Shown one piece after another: positions 16,541-24,711 of a stretch of 64,000 nt of DNA. The position numbers and the translations under genes were made by a program. Below the pieces are notes generated by a model that had not been told where the DNA came from, did no database searches, and saw only the letters and a list, made by a program, of their open reading frames with translations. The stretch is taken from IMG/VR virus record IMGVR_UViG_3300017971_000004, positions 64,001 through 128,000 of that record; one strand, 5' to 3'. Position 1 is the first letter of the stretch. Every line of letters begins with the position of its first letter. This DNA is from a virus. Taxonomy: Duplodnaviria > Heunggongvirae > Uroviricota > Caudoviricetes.

Positions 16541-16915
16541 TCATCCTCCTCGCGAGAGCGCGACTTTCCCCACCTTTTCCTGCATCTCCACCAAGGAAAC
16601 AAGACCATCCCGCATGGTCTCGTGCATCTCCATCACCATCTGGGTGGCGTTGAGCTGAACTTGGTTGAAGACACGTTCGGCGGTCCGACAGGCCGCACAG
16701 CGAACTCCGAAGGCGTACCTGCCGATGTTCTTCTTCTTCAACTGGCTGGTCTCGAACAACAGGCACGATGCTTCGTTTTCTTCGGAGCCTCGCGATCTGT
16801 ACCATTCGCAAGGTCTCAGACCTTGAACAGCTTCTCCGTCCACGATCCGGTGGCTTCTCGTGATGCAGCTTCGAGGTCCGCACTCGATAGAGAGCACCGG
16901 CATGATCTTCGTCAT
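16541..16915 (-). CDS. hypothetical Cys-containing protein
   Basis: start at internal MTKIMPVLSIECGPRSC... Confidence 0.45.
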   Translation of the reverse strand: MTKIMPVLSIECGPRSCITRSHRIVDGEAVQGLRPCEWYRSRGSEENEASCLLFETSQLKKKNIGRYAFGVRCAACRTAERVFNQVQLNATQMVMEMHETMRDGLVSLVEMQEKVGKVALSRGG

Positions 16916-17031
16916 CTCGACTTGTCCTTCTTCTTGCGCTCGACGTGACCGATGTATCGTTCTGCGAGAATACCCATCACGAACCCCACGAGACCCGCAA
17001 TGATCCACCCCGAGATAGTCCATTCCAGCAT
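16912..17031 (-). CDS. very small membrane protein (MLEWTISGWIIAGLVGFVMGILAERYIGHVERKKKDKSR)
   Basis: single TM helix then basic tail. Confidence 0.3.
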   Translation of the reverse strand: MLEWTISGWIIAGLVGFVMGILAERYIGHVERKKKDKSR

Positions 17032-17119
17032 CGTTTCGACTCCAGTCCCAACATCCCCATACAGTATAAACGGTAGGTGTTTGGTAACTGTGAAGTGCCG
17101 ATATTTTTCATGGCGATGC

Positions 17120-17302
17120 TTACGGGAGGTACTGCTCGTAGATCTCCTCGATCTTCTGGATCTGAACTTCCGTGAACTCCCGACCATCGTCCACCAGCTC
17201 GGTCATGGACTGGACGAAGTCGATCTCCCAGCTCGTGTAATCCATCCCGTCCGTCTCGTCGATGTGCTCTTGCAGCTCGGTGACCATGTCCTCGGGGTCC
17301 AT
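17120..17302 (-). CDS. small acidic protein
   Basis: start at internal MDPEDMVTEL. Confidence 0.4.
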   Translation of the reverse strand: MDPEDMVTELQEHIDETDGMDYTSWEIDFVQSMTELVDDGREFTEVQIQKIEEIYEQYLP

Positions 17303-17637
17303 CAGACGTTCTCCACCGGGACTGTGATGTTGTGGTCCCACAAGCATTTTTCCAGGACATGAACACGACGCTGGAGTCGCCGAATGATCTCGAACCCAGG
17401 CTGGTGCACCAGCTCGCCGGTCGAGCCGGGGAACAGCGCGCCCTTCAAGAACTCCCTGAGAGCTGCAACGATCGCCACGTCGCTCTCGGCCTGGCGTCCG
17501 TGGATGTAGATATCGCCGTTGGGCTCCAGGCGCAGGATCTGGAGATCCTTGCCGTCCGGAGTGGTGCAGTGAAAACAGATGTTTCCATCCAAGTCCTCGG
17601 TATGTTCTCGAATCGTGACACTCTCGTCGCCGCTCAT
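17302..17637 (-). CDS. hypothetical protein
   Basis: 111 aa ORF. Confidence 0.5.
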   Translation of the reverse strand: MSGDESVTIREHTEDLDGNICFHCTTPDGKDLQILRLEPNGDIYIHGRQAESDVAIVAALREFLKGALFPGSTGELVHQPGFEIIRRLQRRVHVLEKCLWDHNITVPVENV

Positions 17638-17647
17638 GCTCGCCTCC

Positions 17648-17944
17648 TTACCTCAAGTGAAAACCGAGCGACATTGCCTGCGCCCGGAGTCGTTGCATCT
17701 CGTCGACCAGCTTGATCTTCGCCTGGTCGAGCGCCGTCTCCCTGCTGAGCCAGTAATCATTGCAAGAGACGTGGTGCTCGATCCAGTTGGAGGTGTCGAC
17801 ATCATAGGTCCTCCCGATCACCGTCTCGTGGGTCGTGCCGGGGTAAATGACCTCTTGCGCCTCCACCCGGAAAAGCTTCGCACTCCTCTCATCGAGGTTC
17901 ACGTAGAAGACGTGGTCGCCCTTCTGTACTTTTCCCGGCTCCAT
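17648..17944 (-). CDS. hypothetical protein (start at MEPGKVQKGDHVFYVNL...)
   Basis: trimmed from ORF 17648..18154. Confidence 0.45.
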   Translation of the reverse strand: MEPGKVQKGDHVFYVNLDERSAKLFRVEAQEVIYPGTTHETVIGRTYDVDTSNWIEHHVSCNDYWLSRETALDQAKIKLVDEMQRLRAQAMSLGFHLR

Positions 17945-18186
17945 CAGTGAAGCGTTCCGTCGCCCTGGATACCGCCTGAAAACGGCACCGGAGGGCCATT
18001 CTTGGACGGCATGTCGGTGACTGTCCAGATCAGCAGCCCCTGCTGCGTGTCGACATTGATGTTGACCGCAGCCACAACCCCGACCGTTTCGCCCTCGACC
18101 TTCTTGATATAGTCGGCGAATGCTTCGGAAGCCTGCTGAGCAGTGAACGCCCATTGCCGAAGATTCGCCCGTTTTATCTTGCTCAT
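17944..18186 (-). CDS. hypothetical protein
   Basis: 85 aa ORF. Confidence 0.4.
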   Translation of the reverse strand: MSKIKRANLRQWAFTAQQASEAFADYIKKVEGETVGVVAAVNINVDTQQGLLIWTVTDMPSKNGPPVPFSGGIQGDGTLH

Positions 18187-18347
18187 GTTCCTTCCCCGCA
18201 CTCGATGACCACCTTCTCTCCCTCCAATCTTACTCGTTCGATCTCGTAATACTGCCGTCCGATGGCAACGACGACCTCCTGATCCAGCTGCCCCTCCAGC
18301 TCCACGAGCAGGTCACACACCCGGTCGAGGCGCTCCTTATCCATCGA
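18183..18347 (-). CDS. small hypothetical protein
   Basis: C-terminal part of ORF 18183..18443. Confidence 0.35.
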   Translation of the reverse strand, partial: SMDKERLDRVCDLLVELEGQLDQEVVVAIGRQYYEIERVRLEGEKVVIECGEGT

Positions 18348-18657
18348 CATCCTCCCAGTCGATGTCGTTGACGCAGCCGATCTCCCACGGAGCGATATCG
18401 AGATCGACCCCGTTGAAATAGACCGTATCAACCTCGCCATCACCGTTCAGATAGAGCGTGGTATCGATCTTTCGGATACCCCAGAAGTAAGAGGCCGTGA
18501 TGAGGTACTGGAAGTCGAAAGAGGATTCAGGCTGCTCCATCGCCATCTGCGCCACAGCGCCCAAGCACGCGGACTCGACCGTGTAGAAGTTCGGCAAGAT
18601 GAACACACCGTCCAAAAGATCGACCATCCGTGTCGGACCTTTGTTCGTCGGGAACAT
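18337..18657 (-). CDS. hypothetical protein
   Basis: C-terminal part of ORF 18337..18792. Confidence 0.4.
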   Translation of the reverse strand: MFPTNKGPTRMVDLLDGVFILPNFYTVESACLGAVAQMAMEQPESSFDFQYLITASYFWGIRKIDTTLYLNGDGEVDTVYFNGVDLDIAPWEIGCVNDIDWEDVDG

Positions 18658-18689
18658 GCTCTGAATATACAGGAAGCGGATCGAGAAGC

Positions 18690-19040
18690 CTAGTTCTTCA
18701 CCAACCTGAGATGAGGTTTGGACTCGGGCCACTCCTTCGGAGGGGAAACAGGAGGCGGAGGGAGTGGAAACGACCACCACCAGCCGTCCCAATCCTTGTT
18801 GGGCTGAACTTCACCGGTCGCAGGATCGTGAGTTAACGTCACGTAGCCGGCGATGTTGCCGAACTTGTCGGCAACGAGGTAGCGCCCGATGCGTTTGGGG
18901 CGCTCTTGGCTCCAATGCCCGTTGAGATATCCAGTCCACGAGCAGGTGACGCCGTCCTGATACTGCTCGTCATCTTTCTCACGGACAACCTTGATGGGAT
19001 CTTTGGGAACTGGGGCGTTCATCTCGTTTGGATTCTTCAT
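18690..19040 (-). CDS. hypothetical protein with WW-rich C-terminus
   Basis: 116 aa, first gene after promoter at 19045-19078. Confidence 0.5.
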   Translation of the reverse strand: MKNPNEMNAPVPKDPIKVVREKDDEQYQDGVTCSWTGYLNGHWSQERPKRIGRYLVADKFGNIAGYVTLTHDPATGEVQPNKDWDGWWWSFPLPPPPVSPPKEWPESKPHLRLVKN

Positions 19041-19044
19041 AACC

Positions 19045-19078
19045 TGATAAATATCATAGAATGAGGGAGGCTGTCAAT
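19045..19078 (-). promoter_or_regulatory. sigma70-like promoter with extended core TATATTGACAG
   Basis: plus ctgtcaatat 19071-19080; minus orientation TTGACA - 17 - ATATTT. Confidence 0.45.
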
Positions 19079-19096
19079 ATAGAAAGAGTACTAGAG

Positions 19097-19822
19097 CTAC
19101 TTTTTCAGCCGTCTCGCGATGCGTTCCAACTGGCCGTCCCCGAGACCTTTCTTGTACCGACCTTGGCGGTCGAACTCCAGGTTTTCGTCCTCTTCCTCCT
19201 CCAGCCATCCGAGCGCCTTGAGGGCTTCCCCGATCTGCTCTTCGGAGGGATAGGAGCCGCCGGTATCGGTCCGATAATCCAGCGCATCCTGGTTGTTCTC
19301 CCACAGCCAGCCGAAGACCTTCTCCTCCCAGTCGTCCGGGGCTGTGTCGGAGACCATTGGGGCTTCCATTCGGATGTTCTCCAAGGTCTCCTCGTATTCA
19401 CGCCGGCTGACGTCTTCATCACTCAGTACGGGGTAGTCCATGAGCGCGCCGGCCAGCTCCTCCAGTTTCTGGCCAACATCCGTCAGCTCGCCGCTCGGCT
19501 CCAGGACGCGGACCGCGTACTCGCCGTTGTCGAGACGAACGAAGTCCTCGCTGGTGGGATCGATGCTGTTCAGCGTCTCGATGACCATCTCCATGTTCGA
19601 CTCGTCCCGGTGGGACATCATGTCCTTGTAGCCCTGAATGGTGGCCCACTGGTCGGCCTCGTCCCCTTCGAGACCGAGGTAATGGAAGATCGAGACCGGG
19701 CTCGTCTCCGGCGCGTAGTAGAGGCCGGCATCGCTGAGCAGTCCCCGGAACTCCATGATCTTAGGTTGAAGATCGCCTCGGTAGGTCTGCCGGTCATCGT
19801 CTTCCCAAATGTATCGAGGCAT
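19097..19822 (-). CDS. hypothetical acidic protein
   Basis: 241 aa ORF. Confidence 0.55.
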   Translation of the reverse strand: MPRYIWEDDDRQTYRGDLQPKIMEFRGLLSDAGLYYAPETSPVSIFHYLGLEGDEADQWATIQGYKDMMSHRDESNMEMVIETLNSIDPTSEDFVRLDNGEYAVRVLEPSGELTDVGQKLEELAGALMDYPVLSDEDVSRREYEETLENIRMEAPMVSDTAPDDWEEKVFGWLWENNQDALDYRTDTGGSYPSEEQIGEALKALGWLEEEEDENLEFDRQGRYKKGLGDGQLERIARRLKK

Positions 19823-20847
19823 CAGATTATCCCCTTCTTCCTTGCCTCGGACAATACACGTTCGCCGAGGTCTCTCGGGTACAGCTCCCCGATGTTGAGG
19901 ATCACGTCGATGGTGGAGTAGCCGCCATCCACCAGCGCCCGGATGTCGTTCATGACATCCGTGTAGCCGCTCTCCCCGATCCGCAGCATGTCTTCCTCGC
20001 TGTCCCAGCCTGGTCCGTTCTCCAGCGGAGAACCCGATTGGCGATAGGGCTCCAGCTCGCCGATGTCCATCCGAAGCGCCCCTTCGTGCAGGTAGGGACG
20101 CAAGGGCCTCTCCTTGCGAGGAGGTTTATCATCGGGGTCGACCGGCCCGGACGGGCGCGGAGCGCTCGTCTGCGTGTCCTGAGAGTGCGTGAGCGGGTCG
20201 TAGCGGGGAGTTCTGGGTCCTCCGCTGCCTGGTGACCACTCCGGCGTCTCCGGCTCCTGAGGGCCGAAATGAGCGAAGTCAGGGGCACGTACCTGCTTGG
20301 TGGTCGGATCCGGAGGATCGGAGAAGCTCGGGTTGTCCTCGTCGACATAGCCGGCGATGATGCGAGAGCCCCCGTGAGCCTTGATGGCCTTCTCCTGCTG
20401 GAGAGCGTCTTCCTTGGTCTCGTGCCGTCCCAGCAGCTTGGAGCCGTCGCTCGTATAGAGCCCCCACTCCTTCCCGCTGCCGTCCTTGTCCTCTTCCCGC
20501 AGCTTCTTGATCACGGCAGTCGTCGCCAGCCCCGTGGCCGGCTGGAGTGAGTAGTTCATCTCCAGCTCGGCGCTGTCCAGGGTCTCAACCCCTTCCGGAA
20601 CAGCGGCTCCGGCTTGATCCGCAGGCATCAGGACCGTGTTGGTGGTGTCCGGGGCGTTCTCCACGACGAGGTACTCGTTGCCCTCCGGGCCGTACACCGA
20701 CTGTCCTACCTGGAGCTGGCTCGGATCGAACGGCTGCTCTGTCTGGGAGTAGCGGCGCACCAGCTCGTGGAAGATGACTTCCGACCTCACCCGTCTCCTC
20801 CTGGTCGCTGCTCGCGACGGTTTCGCCATGAGTTCCATCTCCGCCAT
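19822..20847 (-). CDS. hypothetical protein
   Basis: 341 aa ORF. Confidence 0.55.
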   Translation of the reverse strand: MAEMELMAKPSRAATRRRRVRSEVIFHELVRRYSQTEQPFDPSQLQVGQSVYGPEGNEYLVVENAPDTTNTVLMPADQAGAAVPEGVETLDSAELEMNYSLQPATGLATTAVIKKLREEDKDGSGKEWGLYTSDGSKLLGRHETKEDALQQEKAIKAHGGSRIIAGYVDEDNPSFSDPPDPTTKQVRAPDFAHFGPQEPETPEWSPGSGGPRTPRYDPLTHSQDTQTSAPRPSGPVDPDDKPPRKERPLRPYLHEGALRMDIGELEPYRQSGSPLENGPGWDSEEDMLRIGESGYTDVMNDIRALVDGGYSTIDVILNIGELYPRDLGERVLSEARKKGII

Positions 20848-20896
20848 TGTATGGCAGAAATCGTGGGAACTCTTAAATTCGCGTCATCCCTTTTGC

Positions 20897-21691
20897 TCAG
20901 ATTTCATCGGTCTCCGCTCCGAGCCATTTAGCCACCCGAGTGATGTGCCGGTCGTACTTGAAAGACCTCGTGGATCGCGGATTTGACGTGGGCCAGAGTC
21001 TCCAAGGACGGGGGTGAGGCTTGCGGTCCCCGTTCAGCCCCACTGGGTTATTTACACTCCGCTTGGCCATTTCCTTCGCTGCCCAAATCATTCCGGGATC
21101 AAGCGAGAGAATCTGATCCAGGAGCTGCCGGCTGATGTCTCCCTTGCGGCGCACCTGAAGCGGGCCGAAGTCGGCCTTGATGCGGGTGCGCTGGAACTGT
21201 TTCGAGGAGATGATCTTGTAGATGGTCTCCCGATCGTAGGTGAGCTGGAGGTTCTTTACGAGCCCCTCGCTGACCGCCCACTCCCTGGTTTGAAGGTCGA
21301 TGGCGCAGACGTTGAAGCCGCTCTCGTTGTGGGCCACCGCCAGGACGCCCCACGGGTTCAGCTCGACGCCATGCTCTGCTTCGGCCTCATCGATGGACTT
21401 CAAGACCCAGGTCGCCCATTCGGACGCACGCTGCCGCCGCTTGGCATCGGTTTTGACGCGCTTGCCACACTCGTACCAGTACGGTTTTCGATCGCCATTC
21501 TTCTGCTTGATGCTCCGCGACTTCAAGACCGCCTGCACGAACCGGTCGTGCAAGCTCTCCTGTTTTGCTTCGGCCACGTCCGATCCCGCATCGATTGGCT
21601 GCGCCTCCAACGGGAGTCCCGCTTCATCGCCGAAAGCCCCGGTAACGACGAGCAGCGCCGCGAAGATGATGGCCAGAACTACATGTCTCAT
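20897..21691 (-). CDS. secreted lytic transglycosylase (SLT domain), candidate endolysin or virion-associated lysin
   Basis: N-terminal signal peptide MRHVVLAIIFAALLVVTGAFG; SLT catalytic motif AVAHNESGFN. Confidence 0.6.
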   Translation of the reverse strand: MRHVVLAIIFAALLVVTGAFGDEAGLPLEAQPIDAGSDVAEAKQESLHDRFVQAVLKSRSIKQKNGDRKPYWYECGKRVKTDAKRRQRASEWATWVLKSIDEAEAEHGVELNPWGVLAVAHNESGFNVCAIDLQTREWAVSEGLVKNLQLTYDRETIYKIISSKQFQRTRIKADFGPLQVRRKGDISRQLLDQILSLDPGMIWAAKEMAKRSVNNPVGLNGDRKPHPRPWRLWPTSNPRSTRSFKYDRHITRVAKWLGAETDEI

Positions 21692-21787
21692 GCTGGTCCT
21701 CCGTTCAGCGAAATGTATTAATCCTACAAGATGCGAAGTCGGAATCCTTCAATCCGGATCACATCTATATAAGAAGAGTCCACCGGA

Positions 21788-22456
21788 TCAGATGCCGAAA
21801 GCATCCAGCTGGTCCTTCTTGCTGTTGTCGATCCAGTAGAACCGAGTGAAGCCTTTCCCGTCGTACTGCCGTCGCAGCGCGCGGTCGAGAACTTCTCCGA
21901 CCCAGTAGAACAGACAGTAGTCGGTGTAATCGGTACCCTTCCCGTCGAAGGAGAACCTCCGAACGAATTCGCCGATCTCGATGGGTGGACGCTCTCGGAA
22001 CAGGCGCATCCGTTTGATCGAGCCGGCGAAACCCACGCGCAGCAGGAAGACTGCCACCCCGGTCGGATGCAGAATGCTCAAGGACTTCCGAACGAACTCC
22101 TCGGCCAGAGAGTACGGCGGGTTCGTAGCGATGATGTCCCATCCTCCGTGCTCACGGACTTCAGAAGGAGTGTACTGCTCCCAGGGGGCCGTCAAGAAGT
22201 CCGTCCGATATCGGCGCTGCGGTTCCTCGGTGACTACCGACCAGTCGTCGATGATGTCGATACCTACCATCTCGCCGTCGTAGCCGATGTCGGCAGCCGA
22301 CTTGATAAAGGGGTAGGTGAGGCCGCATCCGGGTTCGAGGATGTGGAGCTTGTTCTCGTAGGGATGGAAGTCAGTGGCCCGCAAGAAGGCCCACTGCGCG
22401 TAGCGATACGGGGTCGGATAGAAGTCCCGTCCGCCCCCAGATGGATTTCTAGGCAT
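21788..22456 (-). CDS. N6-adenine DNA methyltransferase, gamma class
   Basis: motif X DFYPTP, motif I LEPGCGLTYPF, motif IV NPPY (IIATNPPYS) in gamma-class order; start at internal MPRNPSGGG. Confidence 0.7.
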   Translation of the reverse strand: MPRNPSGGGRDFYPTPYRYAQWAFLRATDFHPYENKLHILEPGCGLTYPFIKSAADIGYDGEMVGIDIIDDWSVVTEEPQRRYRTDFLTAPWEQYTPSEVREHGGWDIIATNPPYSLAEEFVRKSLSILHPTGVAVFLLRVGFAGSIKRMRLFRERPPIEIGEFVRRFSFDGKGTDYTDYCLFYWVGEVLDRALRRQYDGKGFTRFYWIDNSKKDQLDAFGI

Positions 22457-22604
22457 CGTTTCCTCCTGCACGCAATATACGGGATTGAAGATCGTTGACC
22501 CTGAAGAGAAGCTCACCGGACGGAGGGCAATCCGCATCCCAACTTCGGGTGACAAGTCCGAAGTTGGTGGTGAACCTCTCTTCGGGATCAACGATCCCGA
22601 GAGA

Positions 22605-23228
22605 TCAGAACGTACACTCCCCGTTCTCGGGGTCGCAGGTCACGCAGCCGCCCATGCACTGGACGGCGTACTCGTAGAAGCTCGTACAGACCGATCCCGG
22701 GTACATCTCCGGGCAATTGATGTACGTCTCCCAGGTGCCGGTCCAGGAGGCTGTGCAGCTGTCACTGGTGCCGTCGCAGTACTTGACCGCATCCATCTTC
22801 TGGAAGAGGTCCCCGCACTCCTCGTCGCACTGGTAGAAGGCCTCTTCCTCGCAGATGACCTCGTCCTCGGGTTCGAAGAAGTAGCACCCGTCGCAGCAGG
22901 GACCGGCCATGCATTCGCATCCGGTGTCGGTGTCAATATCGCTGTCCGTGCCGGTATCTGTATCGGTATAAGTATCCGTATCTGTAGAGGAATCAGTATC
23001 CGTATCAGCGTCCGTGTCGGTGTCGAGATCAGTCCCCGTATCCGTGGAAGTGTCCGTTTCTACATCGGAATCGGTGTCGGTGTCAGTATCTGTATCGGTG
23101 TCGGTATCCGTGTCGGAGTCGAGATCGGTCCCCGCGTCGTCATCCCATCCGCCGTCTGCCGGAGCCTCAATGCTGGTGTCATAGCAGCCGGCCAACATCA
23201 GAGCCATGCTCATGATCCAGGTTTTCAT
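22605..23228 (-). CDS. lipoprotein with long (Asp-Thr)n repeat region and C-terminal 14-Cys domain
   Basis: lipobox MALMLAGC; DTDTDTDTDTDTDSDVETDTSTDTGTD...; hexamer repeats visible at 22930-23130. Confidence 0.6.
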   Translation of the reverse strand: MKTWIMSMALMLAGCYDTSIEAPADGGWDDDAGTDLDSDTDTDTDTDTDTDTDSDVETDTSTDTGTDLDTDTDADTDTDSSTDTDTYTDTDTGTDSDIDTDTGCECMAGPCCDGCYFFEPEDEVICEEEAFYQCDEECGDLFQKMDAVKYCDGTSDSCTASWTGTWETYINCPEMYPGSVCTSFYEYAVQCMGGCVTCDPENGECTF

Positions 23229-23238
23229 CTGTCCCTCC

Positions 23239-24678
23239 TTACTCGAACTTCTTCGAGTCTACCACAGCGAGAGCCGCGCCGATGCGGCAGAGGCAGTCGT
23301 AGTAGTCCTCGCTGAGATGGTTGCCCGCGCTCTCGTGGCCCAGCTCATGGATGACGAGCCGAAGGATCGACTCGACCGGCCCGTTGAACCAAGCTCTCCC
23401 CAGGATCGCCACGTTGAACGCGATCCTCCGATGGCCGTACTGCGCAGCGCAGGTCGCGTCCGGGGATTCCATCATCGTGACCGTCACCCCGAAGTCGAAG
23501 GCAGCCCGCGACACTGCTTTCGAAAGGCGTTCGACCCGGTGCATCCCGGCGGTCCAATCATCGCGGGGAATGGTACGTCCATCCGCCACACCCTGCCGGA
23601 AGATCACCGAAGAAGCCGGAATGGCCTCGGCTTCCCGCATCCGCGCCCACTCTTCGCGGCTCATCTCCTTCGGTGAGACGACGTGGTACCCGTTGGCGAT
23701 CCCCCGTTCCCGTCCGTAGTCGTCGCCGGGAGTCAGGACCATGCGGCGTTCGCCCCATCGAAGATCGGCAATGGTAAGGAGCGCGTCGTGCTCGATGCGT
23801 TCGTCGGCGGCTCCGTCCCGCACCCATGCTTCGGAAGCATCTTCCTTGCGGAGCTGCGACACCATGACGTTGAGCACCTCGGCTCGCACGTCCTGGAGGA
23901 ACGCCGGCTGCACGTTATCCCGGTCGGAGTTCAAGGGAACGCGCTGACCGATGTTGTAGTGCCACCTGTCGCCCGTGGGCATCACCGGGATACCCAGCTC
24001 GTAGATACTGGGCTCCTCGCCAGGCGCGGGCTCGTAGACCTCGATGAAGGTCTTCCGACGCGTCTGTCGATACTGCCCCTCCTCGTTCTCGAACTCCGTC
24101 TGGAGCGTCACATCGTGGAGCACGTCGTCCGGCATCCGGGGCTCGACCGACTTGCCGTTCACCCGGTACTCGATCTGCTGCGGCATCAGGATCGTCTTGG
24201 CGACCCGAACGCACTCCTTGATCTCGTTCCGGGTCATCGGGATGTACGCCTCGAATACCGAGCCGCTGTCCCGCTTCACGCGCTTGCGCTCTTCCCGCGT
24301 CCCGTCCTCGTGGAAGACCACGGTTCCGGTCGTAGTCGAGACGGTCGCCTTCTTCGCCAGTGACAGGACCTGCTTGTCGCCCATGTTGAAGCGCCCGGCC
24401 TTGGTCGGATCCTTGCGCTTCCGCGTGTGGGCGAAGAGAGTGAAGGCGTGCCGCAGGTCGTAAAAACCTTCGGGCGCGTCGTCCGCGCAGACCACTTGGG
24501 CCAGCGGTTTCCCCGGTACCGGCTTGATGGTGAGCTTGCAGATGGTGACGCCCGCTTCGTCGCGGACGTTCTGCACCAGCTCCTTGACGATGAACGACTT
24601 CGGTCGGTGCTCGTTCATCTGGCCGAGACCGGCCTTGTCGGCCCCGAACCATCCTTTCTGTCGTTTTGCCATTGTCAT
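23239..24678 (-). CDS. GHKL-family ATPase with C-terminal HExxHx5H zinc-peptidase-like motif
   Basis: N-box ELVQNVRDE, G1 ADDAPEGF, G2 GRFNMGDK; C-terminal VIHELGHESAGNH. Confidence 0.55.
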   Translation of the reverse strand: MTMAKRQKGWFGADKAGLGQMNEHRPKSFIVKELVQNVRDEAGVTICKLTIKPVPGKPLAQVVCADDAPEGFYDLRHAFTLFAHTRKRKDPTKAGRFNMGDKQVLSLAKKATVSTTTGTVVFHEDGTREERKRVKRDSGSVFEAYIPMTRNEIKECVRVAKTILMPQQIEYRVNGKSVEPRMPDDVLHDVTLQTEFENEEGQYRQTRRKTFIEVYEPAPGEEPSIYELGIPVMPTGDRWHYNIGQRVPLNSDRDNVQPAFLQDVRAEVLNVMVSQLRKEDASEAWVRDGAADERIEHDALLTIADLRWGERRMVLTPGDDYGRERGIANGYHVVSPKEMSREEWARMREAEAIPASSVIFRQGVADGRTIPRDDWTAGMHRVERLSKAVSRAAFDFGVTVTMMESPDATCAAQYGHRRIAFNVAILGRAWFNGPVESILRLVIHELGHESAGNHLSEDYYDCLCRIGAALAVVDSKKFE

Positions 24679-24711
24679 TGCCCTCCTTGTTCGAACGAAT
24701 GATTCCGTCGA

